From IMG/VR virus record IMGVR_UViG_3300043786_001086: a stretch of DNA of 64,000 nucleotides. The stretch is one strand, 5' to 3'. Positions 19,682-27,500 of the stretch are shown here, in pieces. A model generated the notes under the pieces. The model saw nothing but the letters and a program-made list of their open reading frames with translations. It searched no databases and was not told the DNA's origin. The stretch comes from a virus. Its lineage: Duplodnaviria > Caudoviricetes. A program made the translations under genes and the position numbers. Each line of letters opens with the position of its first letter. Positions within the stretch are counted from its first letter, which is position 1.

Positions 19682-19795
19682 AGACTATATTTGTAAACCC
19701 CATTATCTAATTCAACATCCAACAACCCATCATTTTCTAATATTTTTTTATCAAATCCCATCTTTAACTCCATTTTCAATTGTTTCTAATTTCAT
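19678..19795 (-). pseudogene. Chimeric remnant: DTIQNGVK-type repeat joined to 3' end of a 28783..29100 paralog
   Basis: MKLETIENGVKDGI* (19751-19795) overlapping ...KILENDGLLDVELDNGVYKYSL*. Confidence 0.6.
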
Positions 19796-19901
19796 ATTAT
19801 TTATTTTTAAATTTTTCAAATTTATTTTGTCCAACCCACAAAAAAGAAAAGAAAAAGGTTCAGTTCTCCGAATGAGCATTTGTGGTTAATTACCGTACTA
19901 C

Positions 19902-19956
19902 TGCTAACAGCGTGTATAAAACATTAAAACGATTTTATACACGCAAAACGTTAGCG
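19902..19956 (+). other. attC-like site 1 (backbone site, 55 bp)
   Basis: TGCTAAC A GCGTGTATAAAA...TTTTATACACGC AAAAC GTTAGCG. Confidence 0.85.
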
Positions 19957-19960
19957 GTAA

Positions 19961-20197
19961 TTATAGAACCGCCCAATGTGTAACTTTCTCCATAGTCATA
20001 AAACCGAAGATATTTTTCTTTGGTCTAATCCTAAAAGGTTTTTCATCTTCAATGCCGTTTTCAAATCTAACTGCATAGTAATCTTCGGTTTCAGGTAGTC
20101 GCTCCGTTACAGGAATCCATAAATAACTACCGCTAACATCAGATATATCCAATTTGGGGTTCTCTGCGTTATTCAAATTTTGTTCTTCTTTGTTCAT
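19961..20197 (-). CDS. Cassette 1: DUF551-like protein; starts inside attC2
   Basis: WIPVTERLPE...VTHW; N-terminal DISDVSGS encoded by attC arm/R''. Confidence 0.75.
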   Translation of the reverse strand: MNKEEQNLNNAENPKLDISDVSGSYLWIPVTERLPETEDYYAVRFENGIEDEKPFRIRPKKNIFGFMTMEKVTHWAVL

Positions 20198-20260
20198 TTT
20201 ATATTAATTTAAAGTTTATACTATTTAATCCCAAACTGGGCATATCTGCGACCGTTATAT
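20131..20260 (+). other. attC-like site 2 (130 bp)
   Basis: CGCTAAC..AGATATATCCAATTTGGG / CCCAAACTGGGCATATCT..GTTATAT. Confidence 0.85.
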
Positions 20261-20593
20261 TCAATTATTTTTATTTTTACGGGGATATATTCTAATACTA
20301 GTTAAATCATAATTATATTCAAATATATTCAAATTATCTGATAATTTATTTAAATGTTTTTCTATAAATTCCTCATAATCCCACCAATCTTCCATAGTCT
20401 CTGGCATCTCCCAGTCAATTTCATATTTAATGTAGATACTATTATCTCCTCTTTTAAGTATTTCTGTAAATTTAATAGGTGAATTCATAAATTCTTTCTC
20501 TATTTTACTTAAAATATTGTCCAATATATTTTCTTTAGAGAAATCATCTTCCAAAAGAGATTCAAATGTTTTTAAAAATTTTAATTTTCTCAT
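20261..20593 (-). CDS. Cassette 2: hypothetical with phage-type MRKLKFLKTFES leader
   Basis: ORF bounded by attC2 and attC3. Confidence 0.75.
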   Translation of the reverse strand: MRKLKFLKTFESLLEDDFSKENILDNILSKIEKEFMNSPIKFTEILKRGDNSIYIKYEIDWEMPETMEDWWDYEEFIEKHLNKLSDNLNIFEYNYDLTSIRIYPRKNKNN

Positions 20594-20669
20594 AGTTTTA
20601 ATTTTTTTTTATAATCTATATATTAATAAAAAAAAAACGGTTTTTTGAAATAATTGAAAAAATAACTGA

Positions 20670-20723
20670 ATATAACAAATGATAAACAACATTAAAACGA
20701 TTGTTTATCATCAGACGTTATAG
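20670..20723 (+). other. attC-like site 3 (54 bp)
   Basis: ATATAAC AAATGATAAACAACATTAAAACGATTGTTTATCATCAGAC GTTATAG. Confidence 0.85.
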
Positions 20724-20753
20724 GCAATATTTAAAAGTTTTTTTGCCATTGCA

Positions 20754-21311
20754 CTATTTAGAGTTTTCAAGTTGCTCAAGTTCTTTTTTCATCTTTTCAA
20801 TTCTCCTTTGTTTCGCATCTTCTTTATTAAGTTCGTAGTACTTTTTTAAAAGCAAATCAAACGAGTTAAAAACATCTTTTGCGTTTTCTAATTTCCAATA
20901 TAATCCGAGATTTACTTCGTCTATGTAATCAGGCGTAAATGATTTTAATTCAAGCCAAAACTTTTGAAAGAAATTTACGGCATAATCTTCTCCAAAAATG
21001 TATGCACCAGTTGGAAAGCATATTTGTAATAACATTTCATCTTCGGGCTGTATTCCATCAACGCTCCAAATTATAGTTCTTCTGTGTTTTTCGCCCCACA
21101 TCCCAATCGCCCTATATTCTCCAAACCTAACCCAATCCATATTTTTAATTTGTTTAGAGTCAATATTTAGCCCGTAAACTTCTTTCAGTTCAAGTCCAAA
21201 TAAATGTGTTTTGGCTTTTCTTTCCAATTCACTTACATCAAAAACGCAAATTTCTCTGTGTTTATGTAATGCTTTTAAAATTTCATCGTATGCTTCTTTT
21301 ACTTTTTTCAT
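20754..21311 (-). CDS. Cassette 3: hypothetical protein
   Basis: 185-aa ORF between attC3 and attC4. Confidence 0.8.
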   Translation of the reverse strand: MKKVKEAYDEILKALHKHREICVFDVSELERKAKTHLFGLELKEVYGLNIDSKQIKNMDWVRFGEYRAIGMWGEKHRRTIIWSVDGIQPEDEMLLQICFPTGAYIFGEDYAVNFFQKFWLELKSFTPDYIDEVNLGLYWKLENAKDVFNSFDLLLKKYYELNKEDAKQRRIEKMKKELEQLENSK

Positions 21312-21363
21312 TTTATGTTTATTTTAATTGTTAATTCCTTCGCTAAAAACTTTTAAATACAGC

Positions 21364-21437
21364 CTATAACAGCACATACACGCTATTTCCCTGCCCTCAA
21401 TACAACGCTCACAGCGTGTATGTGCAAAACGTTATAA
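21364..21437 (+). other. attC-like site 4 (74 bp)
   Basis: CTATAAC A GCACATACACGCT...AGCGTGTATGTGC AAAAC GTTATAA. Confidence 0.88.
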
Positions 21438-21444
21438 GTTATTT

Positions 21445-21861
21445 TCATAATATCTCATAATCTTTTAATATTTGAATATGGTGTTCTCTCCATTTATTTT
21501 TTGAAACTCCAATTGAGTTAGATTTTATGAATTTCCACCCATGATAATACGCACCTAATTCTCGTTTTAATACATTTCTACCATATTCGTAAGGACAAAC
21601 ATTATATACATAGATATAATCTCTAAAAGTTAGAAAATGTCCATATTCATGTAGAAGTGTTAGAAACATATTCTCATTAGATTGTTCTGAATTTACATAT
21701 ATTATCTGTTTCAAAAAATTAAATCTCCCACCTATATCCCCAAATTTTGAACTATCTATAATCTCAACTTTTATGTTTTTTTGAACTTCTTCTTTTAAAA
21801 GATTGAATTCATTCATATAAAAGTCATCAATTTCCTTTACTATTAAATCTACCATATTCAA
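21445..21861 (-). CDS. Cassette 4: putative zinc metallopeptidase (ImmA/IrrE-like)
   Basis: TLLHEYGH (HExxH) plus downstream E..A. Confidence 0.65.
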   Translation of the reverse strand: MNMVDLIVKEIDDFYMNEFNLLKEEVQKNIKVEIIDSSKFGDIGGRFNFLKQIIYVNSEQSNENMFLTLLHEYGHFLTFRDYIYVYNVCPYEYGRNVLKRELGAYYHGWKFIKSNSIGVSKNKWREHHIQILKDYEIL

Positions 21862-21878
21862 ATATAATAAAAAACAAC

Positions 21879-21932
21879 TTATAACAAATGATAAACAACA
21901 TTAAAACGATTGTTTATCATCGGACGTTAGCG
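21879..21932 (+). other. attC-like site 5 (54 bp)
   Basis: Interior near-identical to sites 3 and 7. Confidence 0.85.
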
Positions 21933-21939
21933 GCAAGTG

Positions 21940-22221
21940 CTACTCCTCCACCACTCTATCAGTTTTACCGCCATACAAACGAAACCACCCTGAACCTTCT
22001 GCCGAAACCAAAACATGTGTTTTGCTTGGTGAATGACTGCCATCGGAATGGTCAATAGCAGGAGTCGTTTCTGTGCGTACATGCTTTATTTTAAAACGGT
22101 GCATTACGGAATCATCAAGATTTAACATTTCGTAAAACTTTCCGATTAAATCCGCACCAGCCGCTAACAAGCGGTTAGCGTCATTGCCGTTTTCGTGGTT
22201 AATTGAAGTGTTGTTTTCCAT
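21940..22221 (-). CDS. Cassette 5: hypothetical; probable start MENNTS inside attC6
   Basis: ORF track extends to 22314 only by reading through the attC arm. Confidence 0.65.
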   Translation of the reverse strand: MENNTSINHENGNDANRLLAAGADLIGKFYEMLNLDDSVMHRFKIKHVRTETTPAIDHSDGSHSPSKTHVLVSAEGSGWFRLYGGKTDRVVEE

Positions 22222-22295
22222 ATCAAATTTTGTTTTTAAATTAAAGTTTCGTGTTCCAAAGTCGGCAACGAACGCCAACCGCCCAACCGTTATGT
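22162..22295 (+). other. attC-like site 6 (134 bp)
   Basis: CGCTAAC..GCGGTTAGCGTCATTGCCG / CGGCAACGAACGCCAACCGC..GTTATGT. Confidence 0.85.
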
Positions 22296-22317
22296 GTAAT
22301 AATTTTTTACCCACCTA

Positions 22318-22590
22318 CTAATAAATTTTATAAACTTCTAAATTTCTATGACTTTTCTTCAATACTCCTTTTTCTGTTTCTATACTAAACAAAGTGTCTC
22401 CGTTTTGAAGTTCTTCTTTATCTGTTATAACACCGTCCATTAAAGATTTATTAAAGTGAAAAGTTATTTTATCACCTATATTTAGTTGTTTGATTTCCAT
22501 CGGTGAAAATCCTCTTTCACCAGAACCATCTAAATATGATTTTCCTTCTTTTAAGAAGTTTTTAAATCTCTTAATTCTATTCTCTTTCAT
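22318..22590 (-). CDS. Cassette 6: hypothetical (KOW/SH3-like) with MKENRIKRFKNFLKE leader
   Basis: LNIGDKITF...GVI; own TATTTAT motif at 22657-22663. Confidence 0.75.
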   Translation of the reverse strand: MKENRIKRFKNFLKEGKSYLDGSGERGFSPMEIKQLNIGDKITFHFNKSLMDGVITDKEELQNGDTLFSIETEKGVLKKSHRNLEVYKIY

Positions 22591-22699
22591 AGTTCTGTCT
22601 TTTATTTTAAGTTTATATATAAAATCTCAGAACTGAATATATCTGAGATTTTATATATAAATAGTTCAAATTAAGAATTTCCACCCACAAAATTACTAC

Positions 22700-22753
22700 A
22701 CATAACAAATGATAAACAACATTAAAACGATTGTTTATCATCGGACGTTATAC
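22700..22753 (+). other. attC-like site 7 (54 bp)
   Basis: ACATAAC...GTTATAC; interior identical to site 5. Confidence 0.85.
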
Positions 22754-23125
22754 GCAAGCACTACCATTCTGCTCCGTATTGACAATTTCATCTACCGAAA
22801 GTAAATCGGATATATCTGCAAGATGAGTTTCTAAATCCATTCCTACCTGTTCGTAATCACAAAATCTGTGAAAACAATCTCCTTGTTCTCTATCTTGAAC
22901 ACAATCTCTTTCTTCTCCATTTTCCAAGAAAACACCACAACCAGTGCATTTATCACATACACTTTCTTCGGGGTGTTCTCCATCTCTCAAAACCCTACTT
23001 TGCCATCCTTTTGAATAAGCATTGTAGATTTTTTCTAAAACAGATTTTGTTTTTTCAACGAACTCTTTTTGGCTCATCTTGTATGGCTCTTGTGGTTCGA
23101 TTTTAAATAAGTCATCTATATTCAT
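22748..23125 (-). CDS. Cassette 7: Cys-containing hypothetical protein
   Basis: CDKCTGC...C...C; stop codon is the TAA of the GTTA core. Confidence 0.75.
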   Translation of the reverse strand: MNIDDLFKIEPQEPYKMSQKEFVEKTKSVLEKIYNAYSKGWQSRVLRDGEHPEESVCDKCTGCGVFLENGEERDCVQDREQGDCFHRFCDYEQVGMDLETHLADISDLLSVDEIVNTEQNGSACV

Positions 23126-23161
23126 TTCAATTAAATTTTGTTGTTAATTAACCGTGCCAGC

Positions 23162-23244
23162 GTATAACAGCGGTTTTGTGCAAGCTGCCCGACCGCTCAA
23201 TGCCAACGCTTCGCAGCCTGACACAAAGCCGCAAAACGTTAGCG
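23162..23244 (+). other. attC-like site 8 (83 bp)
   Basis: GTATAAC A GCGGTTTTGTG / CACAAAGCCGC AAAAC GTTAGCG. Confidence 0.88.
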
Positions 23245-23257
23245 GTAATAAAATTTA

Positions 23258-23443
23258 CTACAACCGTTCCGCAACCTTAGTACCTAATTTGTTATACTCT
23301 CTACCTTCTTCTTCTGCCATCAATCTTACAGCATCTTGTATCTGTTTAGGTAAATCATCACCAAATTTACCTAATAATTGGTATAACAAATTTTGCTTAG
23401 ATAAAGCATTTTCTCTTCTGATTAACAATTCTATTTCTTTCAT
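23258..23443 (-). CDS. Cassette 8: small hypothetical protein
   Basis: 61-aa ORF between attC8 and attC9. Confidence 0.65.
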   Translation of the reverse strand: MKEIELLIRRENALSKQNLLYQLLGKFGDDLPKQIQDAVRLMAEEEGREYNKLGTKVAERL

Positions 23444-23463
23444 AATACGTAAATTTTACATAC

Positions 23464-23595
23464 CGCTAACAAAGTATAACCAAAAGTGGGGCGGTAGTTC
23501 CCAAAATCAGTTATTGTGCTTCTAATTTACTTTTGTAGGTAAGTCTGGGTTTAGCACTTTTAATCCCCACCTTCGGTTATACTCAACCGTTATAA
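23464..23595 (+). other. attC-like site 9 (132 bp)
   Basis: CGCTAAC..AGTATAACC....GTGGGG / CCCCAC....GGTTATACT..GTTATAA. Confidence 0.85.
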
Positions 23596-23599
23596 AACA

Positions 23600-23800
23600 T
23601 TATAAACGACCACCCCACTCAAATTTTATTTCATCAACATTGTAGTCAATATTATAATCTCTTTTGAGTATTTCAATTGCTTCCAGTTTTGCTTCATCTT
23701 CGTTTGAAACAACTCCACCTAATCTAATCTCTTTTTTATTTATAGTCATACTGTGATTAGTACCAGCAAAACTTCCGTTCCAATAAAATTTTATTTCCAT
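23600..23800 (-). CDS. Cassette 9: small hypothetical protein
   Basis: 66-aa ORF. Confidence 0.7.
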   Translation of the reverse strand: MEIKFYWNGSFAGTNHSMTINKKEIRLGGVVSNEDEAKLEAIEILKRDYNIDYNVDEIKFEWGGRL

Positions 23801-23812
23801 ATAAATAACGTT

Positions 23813-23933
23813 TTATAACAACAAATATAAGCAATTATTTCATTACTTCCAAATAAATGTTGTTGGTTAATATTTAATTTTGTTCTTTTAATTAAGTTTC
23901 GTTAATAACTGCTTATATTTGCAACCGTTATAA
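23813..23933 (+). other. attC-like site 10 (121 bp)
   Basis: TTATAAC..CAAATATAAGCA / TGCTTATATTTG..GTTATAA. Confidence 0.85.
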
Positions 23934-23939
23934 GTAATA

Positions 23940-24215
23940 TTATTTTTGTTTTGTGATTTTTATATGATATTTTAACTTAACACTTTCTTCATTTGTTTCT
24001 AATATACCGAATACAATATCTAAAGTTTCTGGGTCAACCATCATTGGTGTGACTTTCAAATTAGAATCTAAATTTTTTAATGTATCTTCTATTTTTGATA
24101 CAATTACTTTAGGTATTCCACTATCAACATCTTTAAATGTACCTAAGAACTTATAATCTGATACATCTTCTTTATTAAACTCTATTTCAGGGGTTTTAAT
24201 AATATAATTTTCCAT
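23940..24215 (-). CDS. Cassette 10: hypothetical protein (probable start MENYII)
   Basis: ORF between attC10 and attC11. Confidence 0.7.
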   Translation of the reverse strand: MENYIIKTPEIEFNKEDVSDYKFLGTFKDVDSGIPKVIVSKIEDTLKNLDSNLKVTPMMVDPETLDIVFGILETNEESVKLKYHIKITKQK

Positions 24216-24255
24216 ATTTAATTTTTTTATAAGGTAAAACAAAAATAATACATAC

Positions 24256-24340
24256 TTATAACAACAAATATAAGAAATAAATTTTGATTTTCCAAATTTT
24301 TATAGGTAAAATTTACTTCTCATATTTGAAACCGTTAGCA
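24256..24340 (+). other. attC-like site 11 (85 bp)
   Basis: TTATAAC..CAAATATAAGAAATAAATTTT / AAAATTTACTTCTCATATTTG..GTTAGCA. Confidence 0.85.
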
Positions 24341-24349
24341 GTAATGCCA

Positions 24350-24583
24350 TCAAAACGTAATCAATGGTACTGTAAATGTCGTAACCTTGCCACAAGAAGG
24401 GCAGGTATATTCATAAGTTCCTGCTGTTAAATAAATGTGCATCGGTGGGTTATGGTCAGGATGTAGGCAAGGTTGCTCTGCATCTTTAATTTTACGAAGT
24501 CCACCTTTGGCACTACTGCTAACATTGTGTAAATTCAATGCCTGTGCAGTGCTTTGTTGATAATTTTCTACTTGATTTTTCAT
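24350..24583 (-). CDS. Cassette 11: zinc-ribbon-like protein; starts inside attC12
   Basis: CLHPDH...YTCPSCG; N-terminal LHNVSSS encoded by attC. Confidence 0.7.
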   Translation of the reverse strand: MKNQVENYQQSTAQALNLHNVSSSAKGGLRKIKDAEQPCLHPDHNPPMHIYLTAGTYEYTCPSCGKVTTFTVPLITF

Positions 24584-24648
24584 TTTATTTTTAATTTAAA
24601 GTTTATACTAATTTTACGGCACTGAAATTTACACAAGTACCGTTACCT
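24517..24648 (+). other. attC-like site 12 (132 bp)
   Basis: TGCTAAC..TTGTGTAAATTCAATGCC / GGCACTGAAATTTACACAA..GTTACCT. Confidence 0.85.
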
Positions 24649-24667
24649 GCCATTTTAAGACAGACCG

Positions 24668-25027
24668 CTAATCGTTCCATTCTTGACATTCAGTAATATC
24701 ATATTGCTTGAATACACCACGACCATCAGTATTAGTTATAATCAAAGCAAGATTTGATGAATAGTAGCCGTTGTTTGAGCCATAACCAGGTATTCTAACA
24801 GGATGTCCATTTTTAGGCTTTAAGGCTATTCCATAATCTTCTATTCTTTCAAAGAAATCATCATTTGACAAATCAAATTCCAATCCTTTAAAATCATCCA
24901 ATGTCAAATCTGACAAAGACAAATAGTGATGCTCACAGCATTGTTGGTCGTGGTCTGAAAATAAAATCATTCCATTATCAAATTCTAATGAATCTGAATC
25001 AATTTTTACTACTTTTAAATTTTCCAT
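24668..25027 (-). CDS. Cassette 12: hypothetical protein
   Basis: HDQQCCE...GYGSNNGYYS motifs. Confidence 0.8.
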   Translation of the reverse strand: MENLKVVKIDSDSLEFDNGMILFSDHDQQCCEHHYLSLSDLTLDDFKGLEFDLSNDDFFERIEDYGIALKPKNGHPVRIPGYGSNNGYYSSNLALIITNTDGRGVFKQYDITECQEWND

Positions 25028-25084
25028 TTTACTTTATTTTAATTGTTTATAAATCAAATCTGTGAGTTACCGACAAAAAACGGC

Positions 25085-25215
25085 AGGTAACATCGGTTTT
25101 GTGCAAGTGGGGCTGAATTGCTAAATTAAACAGCAGTAATTCTAATAGGCTTTTGTACTGATTTGAAACTTTCGTGTTCCAAATCCCCACCTGCACAAAG
25201 CCTTTTTCGTTAGCT
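25085..25215 (+). other. attC-like site 13 (131 bp)
   Basis: AGGTAAC..GGTTTTGTGCAAGTGGGG / CCCCACCTGCACAAAGCC..GTTAGCT. Confidence 0.85.
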
Positions 25216-25416
25216 GCCATTTACGACAGACTTCGCCATAGTAGCATTTTGCAAAATTGATATTGCTTGGTTCAACTCAATAATCATTTCCAAATCCGAC
25301 TTTGTATCGGGTATTGGACTGTCCAAACTTGCCCTGTGGACAATGATAGAGTTTTCAATAAAAGACCTTTCAGCCTTTTCACGCATTTCTTTTAATGTTC
25401 TAATTGTTCTTTCCAT
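25210..25416 (-). CDS. Cassette 13: hypothetical protein (probable start MERTIR)
   Basis: Stop is the TAA of the GTTA core; ORF track extends into attC14. Confidence 0.65.
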   Translation of the reverse strand: MERTIRTLKEMREKAERSFIENSIIVHRASLDSPIPDTKSDLEMIIELNQAISILQNATMAKSVVNGS

Positions 25417-25427
25417 AATTAAACGGC

Positions 25428-25521
25428 AGCTAACACTGCATTTGTGCAAGCGGGCGGACAGCTTGCGGTTAATATTAAGTTGCATCTATGCCCGCCTGAC
25501 ACAAATGCTTCAACGTTAGCA
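25428..25521 (+). other. attC-like site 14 (94 bp)
   Basis: AGCTAAC..GCATTTGTGCAAGCGGGC / GCCCGCCTGACACAAATGC..GTTAGCA. Confidence 0.88.
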
Positions 25522-25533
25522 GTAATACTACAT

Positions 25534-26184
25534 TTAGTCTTCGATTGAAGGTTCGTCTGTAATATCTTTTTCTTTTCTTTTTTCTCCCCCACCATTAAAT
25601 AATTCTTGAATTTTGTTAATTTCATCTTGTTTCCAAGTTCTATTTGTTTTACCGTCTTCTGAAATTGTCAAATATTGATAATCATACCTTAATGGTCTTT
25701 CAATTAACCAAGGTGTTGGTTCAGGTTTAACTGCAATCCAACCATCTTTCGTTTTACCAATAGGTTCAGTTCCCTCTATAATTTTTTCCGAGCCATCCAA
25801 TGGTAATAAATCTCTTGTTTCATTATAAATTATTCTTGTATCTTTGAATAGTTCATATACTAATCCAACATCTTCACCAGTCCATTCAGCATCTTCTGTT
25901 TGATGTTCGTATTTTTTTGCAAGAAAATAACCATCACATTCTGTTCTTAAAACATATTTTTGATGTAATATTTTTCTACATTCTCTATTATAATGGTCAA
26001 TAGTGTTTTGAATATCTTCTTGTCCTTTCCAATAGTTGTCTTCGCCTACCGAAAGCGAATCACCATTTTGTGGCTGTTCACCAACAAATTTTTGATTGTC
26101 TAAACAAGCCAGTATCATTTCAAAGGAATCTTCCGATATTACAATGTTTCCTTTACCGTCTTTTTTTGCTTCAATTTTCATCAT
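25534..26184 (-). CDS. Hypothetical protein
   Basis: 216-aa ORF. Confidence 0.75.
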   Translation of the reverse strand: MMKIEAKKDGKGNIVISEDSFEMILACLDNQKFVGEQPQNGDSLSVGEDNYWKGQEDIQNTIDHYNRECRKILHQKYVLRTECDGYFLAKKYEHQTEDAEWTGEDVGLVYELFKDTRIIYNETRDLLPLDGSEKIIEGTEPIGKTKDGWIAVKPEPTPWLIERPLRYDYQYLTISEDGKTNRTWKQDEINKIQELFNGGGEKRKEKDITDEPSIED

Positions 26185-26188
26185 AGTT

Positions 26189-27379
26189 TTAAATTTTAGT
26201 TTTTAACATTTCTTTATAAGCATTACCTGTATCAAATTGTTGTTCAAATGTTGGATTTGGATAATGTTCGTTTTTAATCCAATTATCGTGATGTTCAAAT
26301 GTTCTCCATTCATTATCACGTAATTCTTTTACCATATTCATCAATCCAGTTCCAACTTTCATATCAGAAGGAATTTCAACTCCACCATCTGGTGTAACTT
26401 TTTCAATTGTTTCTTCAATAAACATTTGGTTCAAGAATGTTACCTCTCTAGTTTCTTTAACACCATTTTCAATGGCATCATCAATACTTGATCCAAATGT
26501 GAATGGTCTATCAGATACGTCTTTAATACCACTTTGAATGGTGTCTTCAATACCGACTAATCTATCCGTTTTTGCTAACACAGTGTCCTTTACTCCATTT
26601 TGAATGGCGTCCTTAACCCCACTCCTTATCCTCATCCCATCTACTTCGGTGTGTCTTACCCCATTTTGAATGGTGTCTTCAACCTCATTATTTTGTTTTG
26701 GAGATTCAATTTGATGAACTATTTTCCCTTTCATCTCCATTGAACCCAAATAACCACTAGGTGTTGTTTCTTTCACCCCATTTTGAATGGTGTCTTCAAT
26801 GTATTTAATTGGTGGTGAATTGAATGTTCGTGTTTCTTTTACACCATTTTGAATTGCGATTTCAATACCACCTTTTCGGTAACCAATTTTGTAATTGGTT
26901 TCTTTCACCCCCTCTTGAATGGTATCTTCAACTAAGGTATTATTAGTATATTCAAAATAATCGGTGTGTCTTACCCCATTTTGAATGGTGTCTTTAACTG
27001 CAGAAATTTCATCCGCATTTAAATCCCAAGTGTGTTTCACCCCATTTTGAATGGTATCTTTAACCTTCAATGGTTTTCCAGCAGTGCTTAAACTTTCCTC
27101 AACCACATCAATACCCAAAAATCTTGATTCAAACCAGTTCTTGATCAAATCTCTTTCTTGAGTGCAGTCCTTACTGACTAGATCTAACTCATTTTGAAAT
27201 AGGTTATAGTTGAACCACAAAGTTTTATCTTTTGTGAATTCAACCACCCATCTTTTGTCTTCGGTAAAGATCAACCAAGTTGAACCTTGTTCTGTAATAT
27301 ACTTGTCTGCACCTTCAATCATTTGGTCAAACAACCCAAAGACAAGTTTCTCTAATTTTTTTCCTGATGGATTATTCAT
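26189..27379 (-). CDS. Family B protein (NPSGKKL domain plus 9 DTIQNGVK repeats)
   Basis: Probable start MNNPSG by homology with 27501..28070 and 38555..39106. Confidence 0.85.
   Translation of the reverse strand: MNNPSGKKLEKLVFGLFDQMIEGADKYITEQGSTWLIFTEDKRWVVEFTKDKTLWFNYNLFQNELDLVSKDCTQERDLIKNWFESRFLGIDVVEESLSTAGKPLKVKDTIQNGVKHTWDLNADEISAVKDTIQNGVRHTDYFEYTNNTLVEDTIQEGVKETNYKIGYRKGGIEIAIQNGVKETRTFNSPPIKYIEDTIQNGVKETTPSGYLGSMEMKGKIVHQIESPKQNNEVEDTIQNGVRHTEVDGMRIRSGVKDAIQNGVKDTVLAKTDRLVGIEDTIQSGIKDVSDRPFTFGSSIDDAIENGVKETREVTFLNQMFIEETIEKVTPDGGVEIPSDMKVGTGLMNMVKELRDNEWRTFEHHDNWIKNEHYPNPTFEQQFDTGNAYKEMLKTKI
26450..27064. CRISPR. In-frame CRISPR-like array 1: nine 36-nt repeats, 30-nt unique spacers (one 81 nt)
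   Basis: Consensus GGTGTKTCTTACCCCATTTTGAATGGTGTCTTYAAC, 66-nt period counted by hand; third-codon-position variation also present. Confidence 0.55.
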
Positions 27380-27500
27380 TTTATTTAATTTTTTCTCCGT
27401 TTTGAATGGTATATTCAACCCTTTTATATCGTAAGTCAGTTGATGTTCCTGTAGTGTGTTTCACCCCATTTTCAACGACATATTTCGTTCTCTGTTTTCT

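Larger units (their letters stand above)
19902..25521 (+). mobile_element. Integron-like gene-cassette array (14 attC-type sites, 13 cassettes, no integrase in window)
   Basis: xxxTAAC...inverted repeat...GTTAxxx hairpins alternate one-to-one with single ORFs; each cassette's first ~15 nt are complementary to its own R'' flank. Confidence 0.85.

Noticed and set aside
19557-19889. Plus-strand 110-aa ORF
   Set aside because: Antisense to a TM peptide and remnants that have clear paralogs on the minus strand
23154-23525. Plus-strand 123-aa ORF (MPAYNSGFVQAARP...)
   Set aside because: Reads through attC8 and attC9 and overlaps the cassette 8 gene; an artefact of GC-rich attC sequence
25419-25625. 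Minus-strand 68-aa ORF across attC14
   Set aside because: Overlaps 25534..26184 in another frame and is made largely of attC arm sequence
19000-26200. Integron integrase or attI next to the array
   Set aside because: No ORF in the window shows tyrosine-recombinase R-H-R-H-Y motifs
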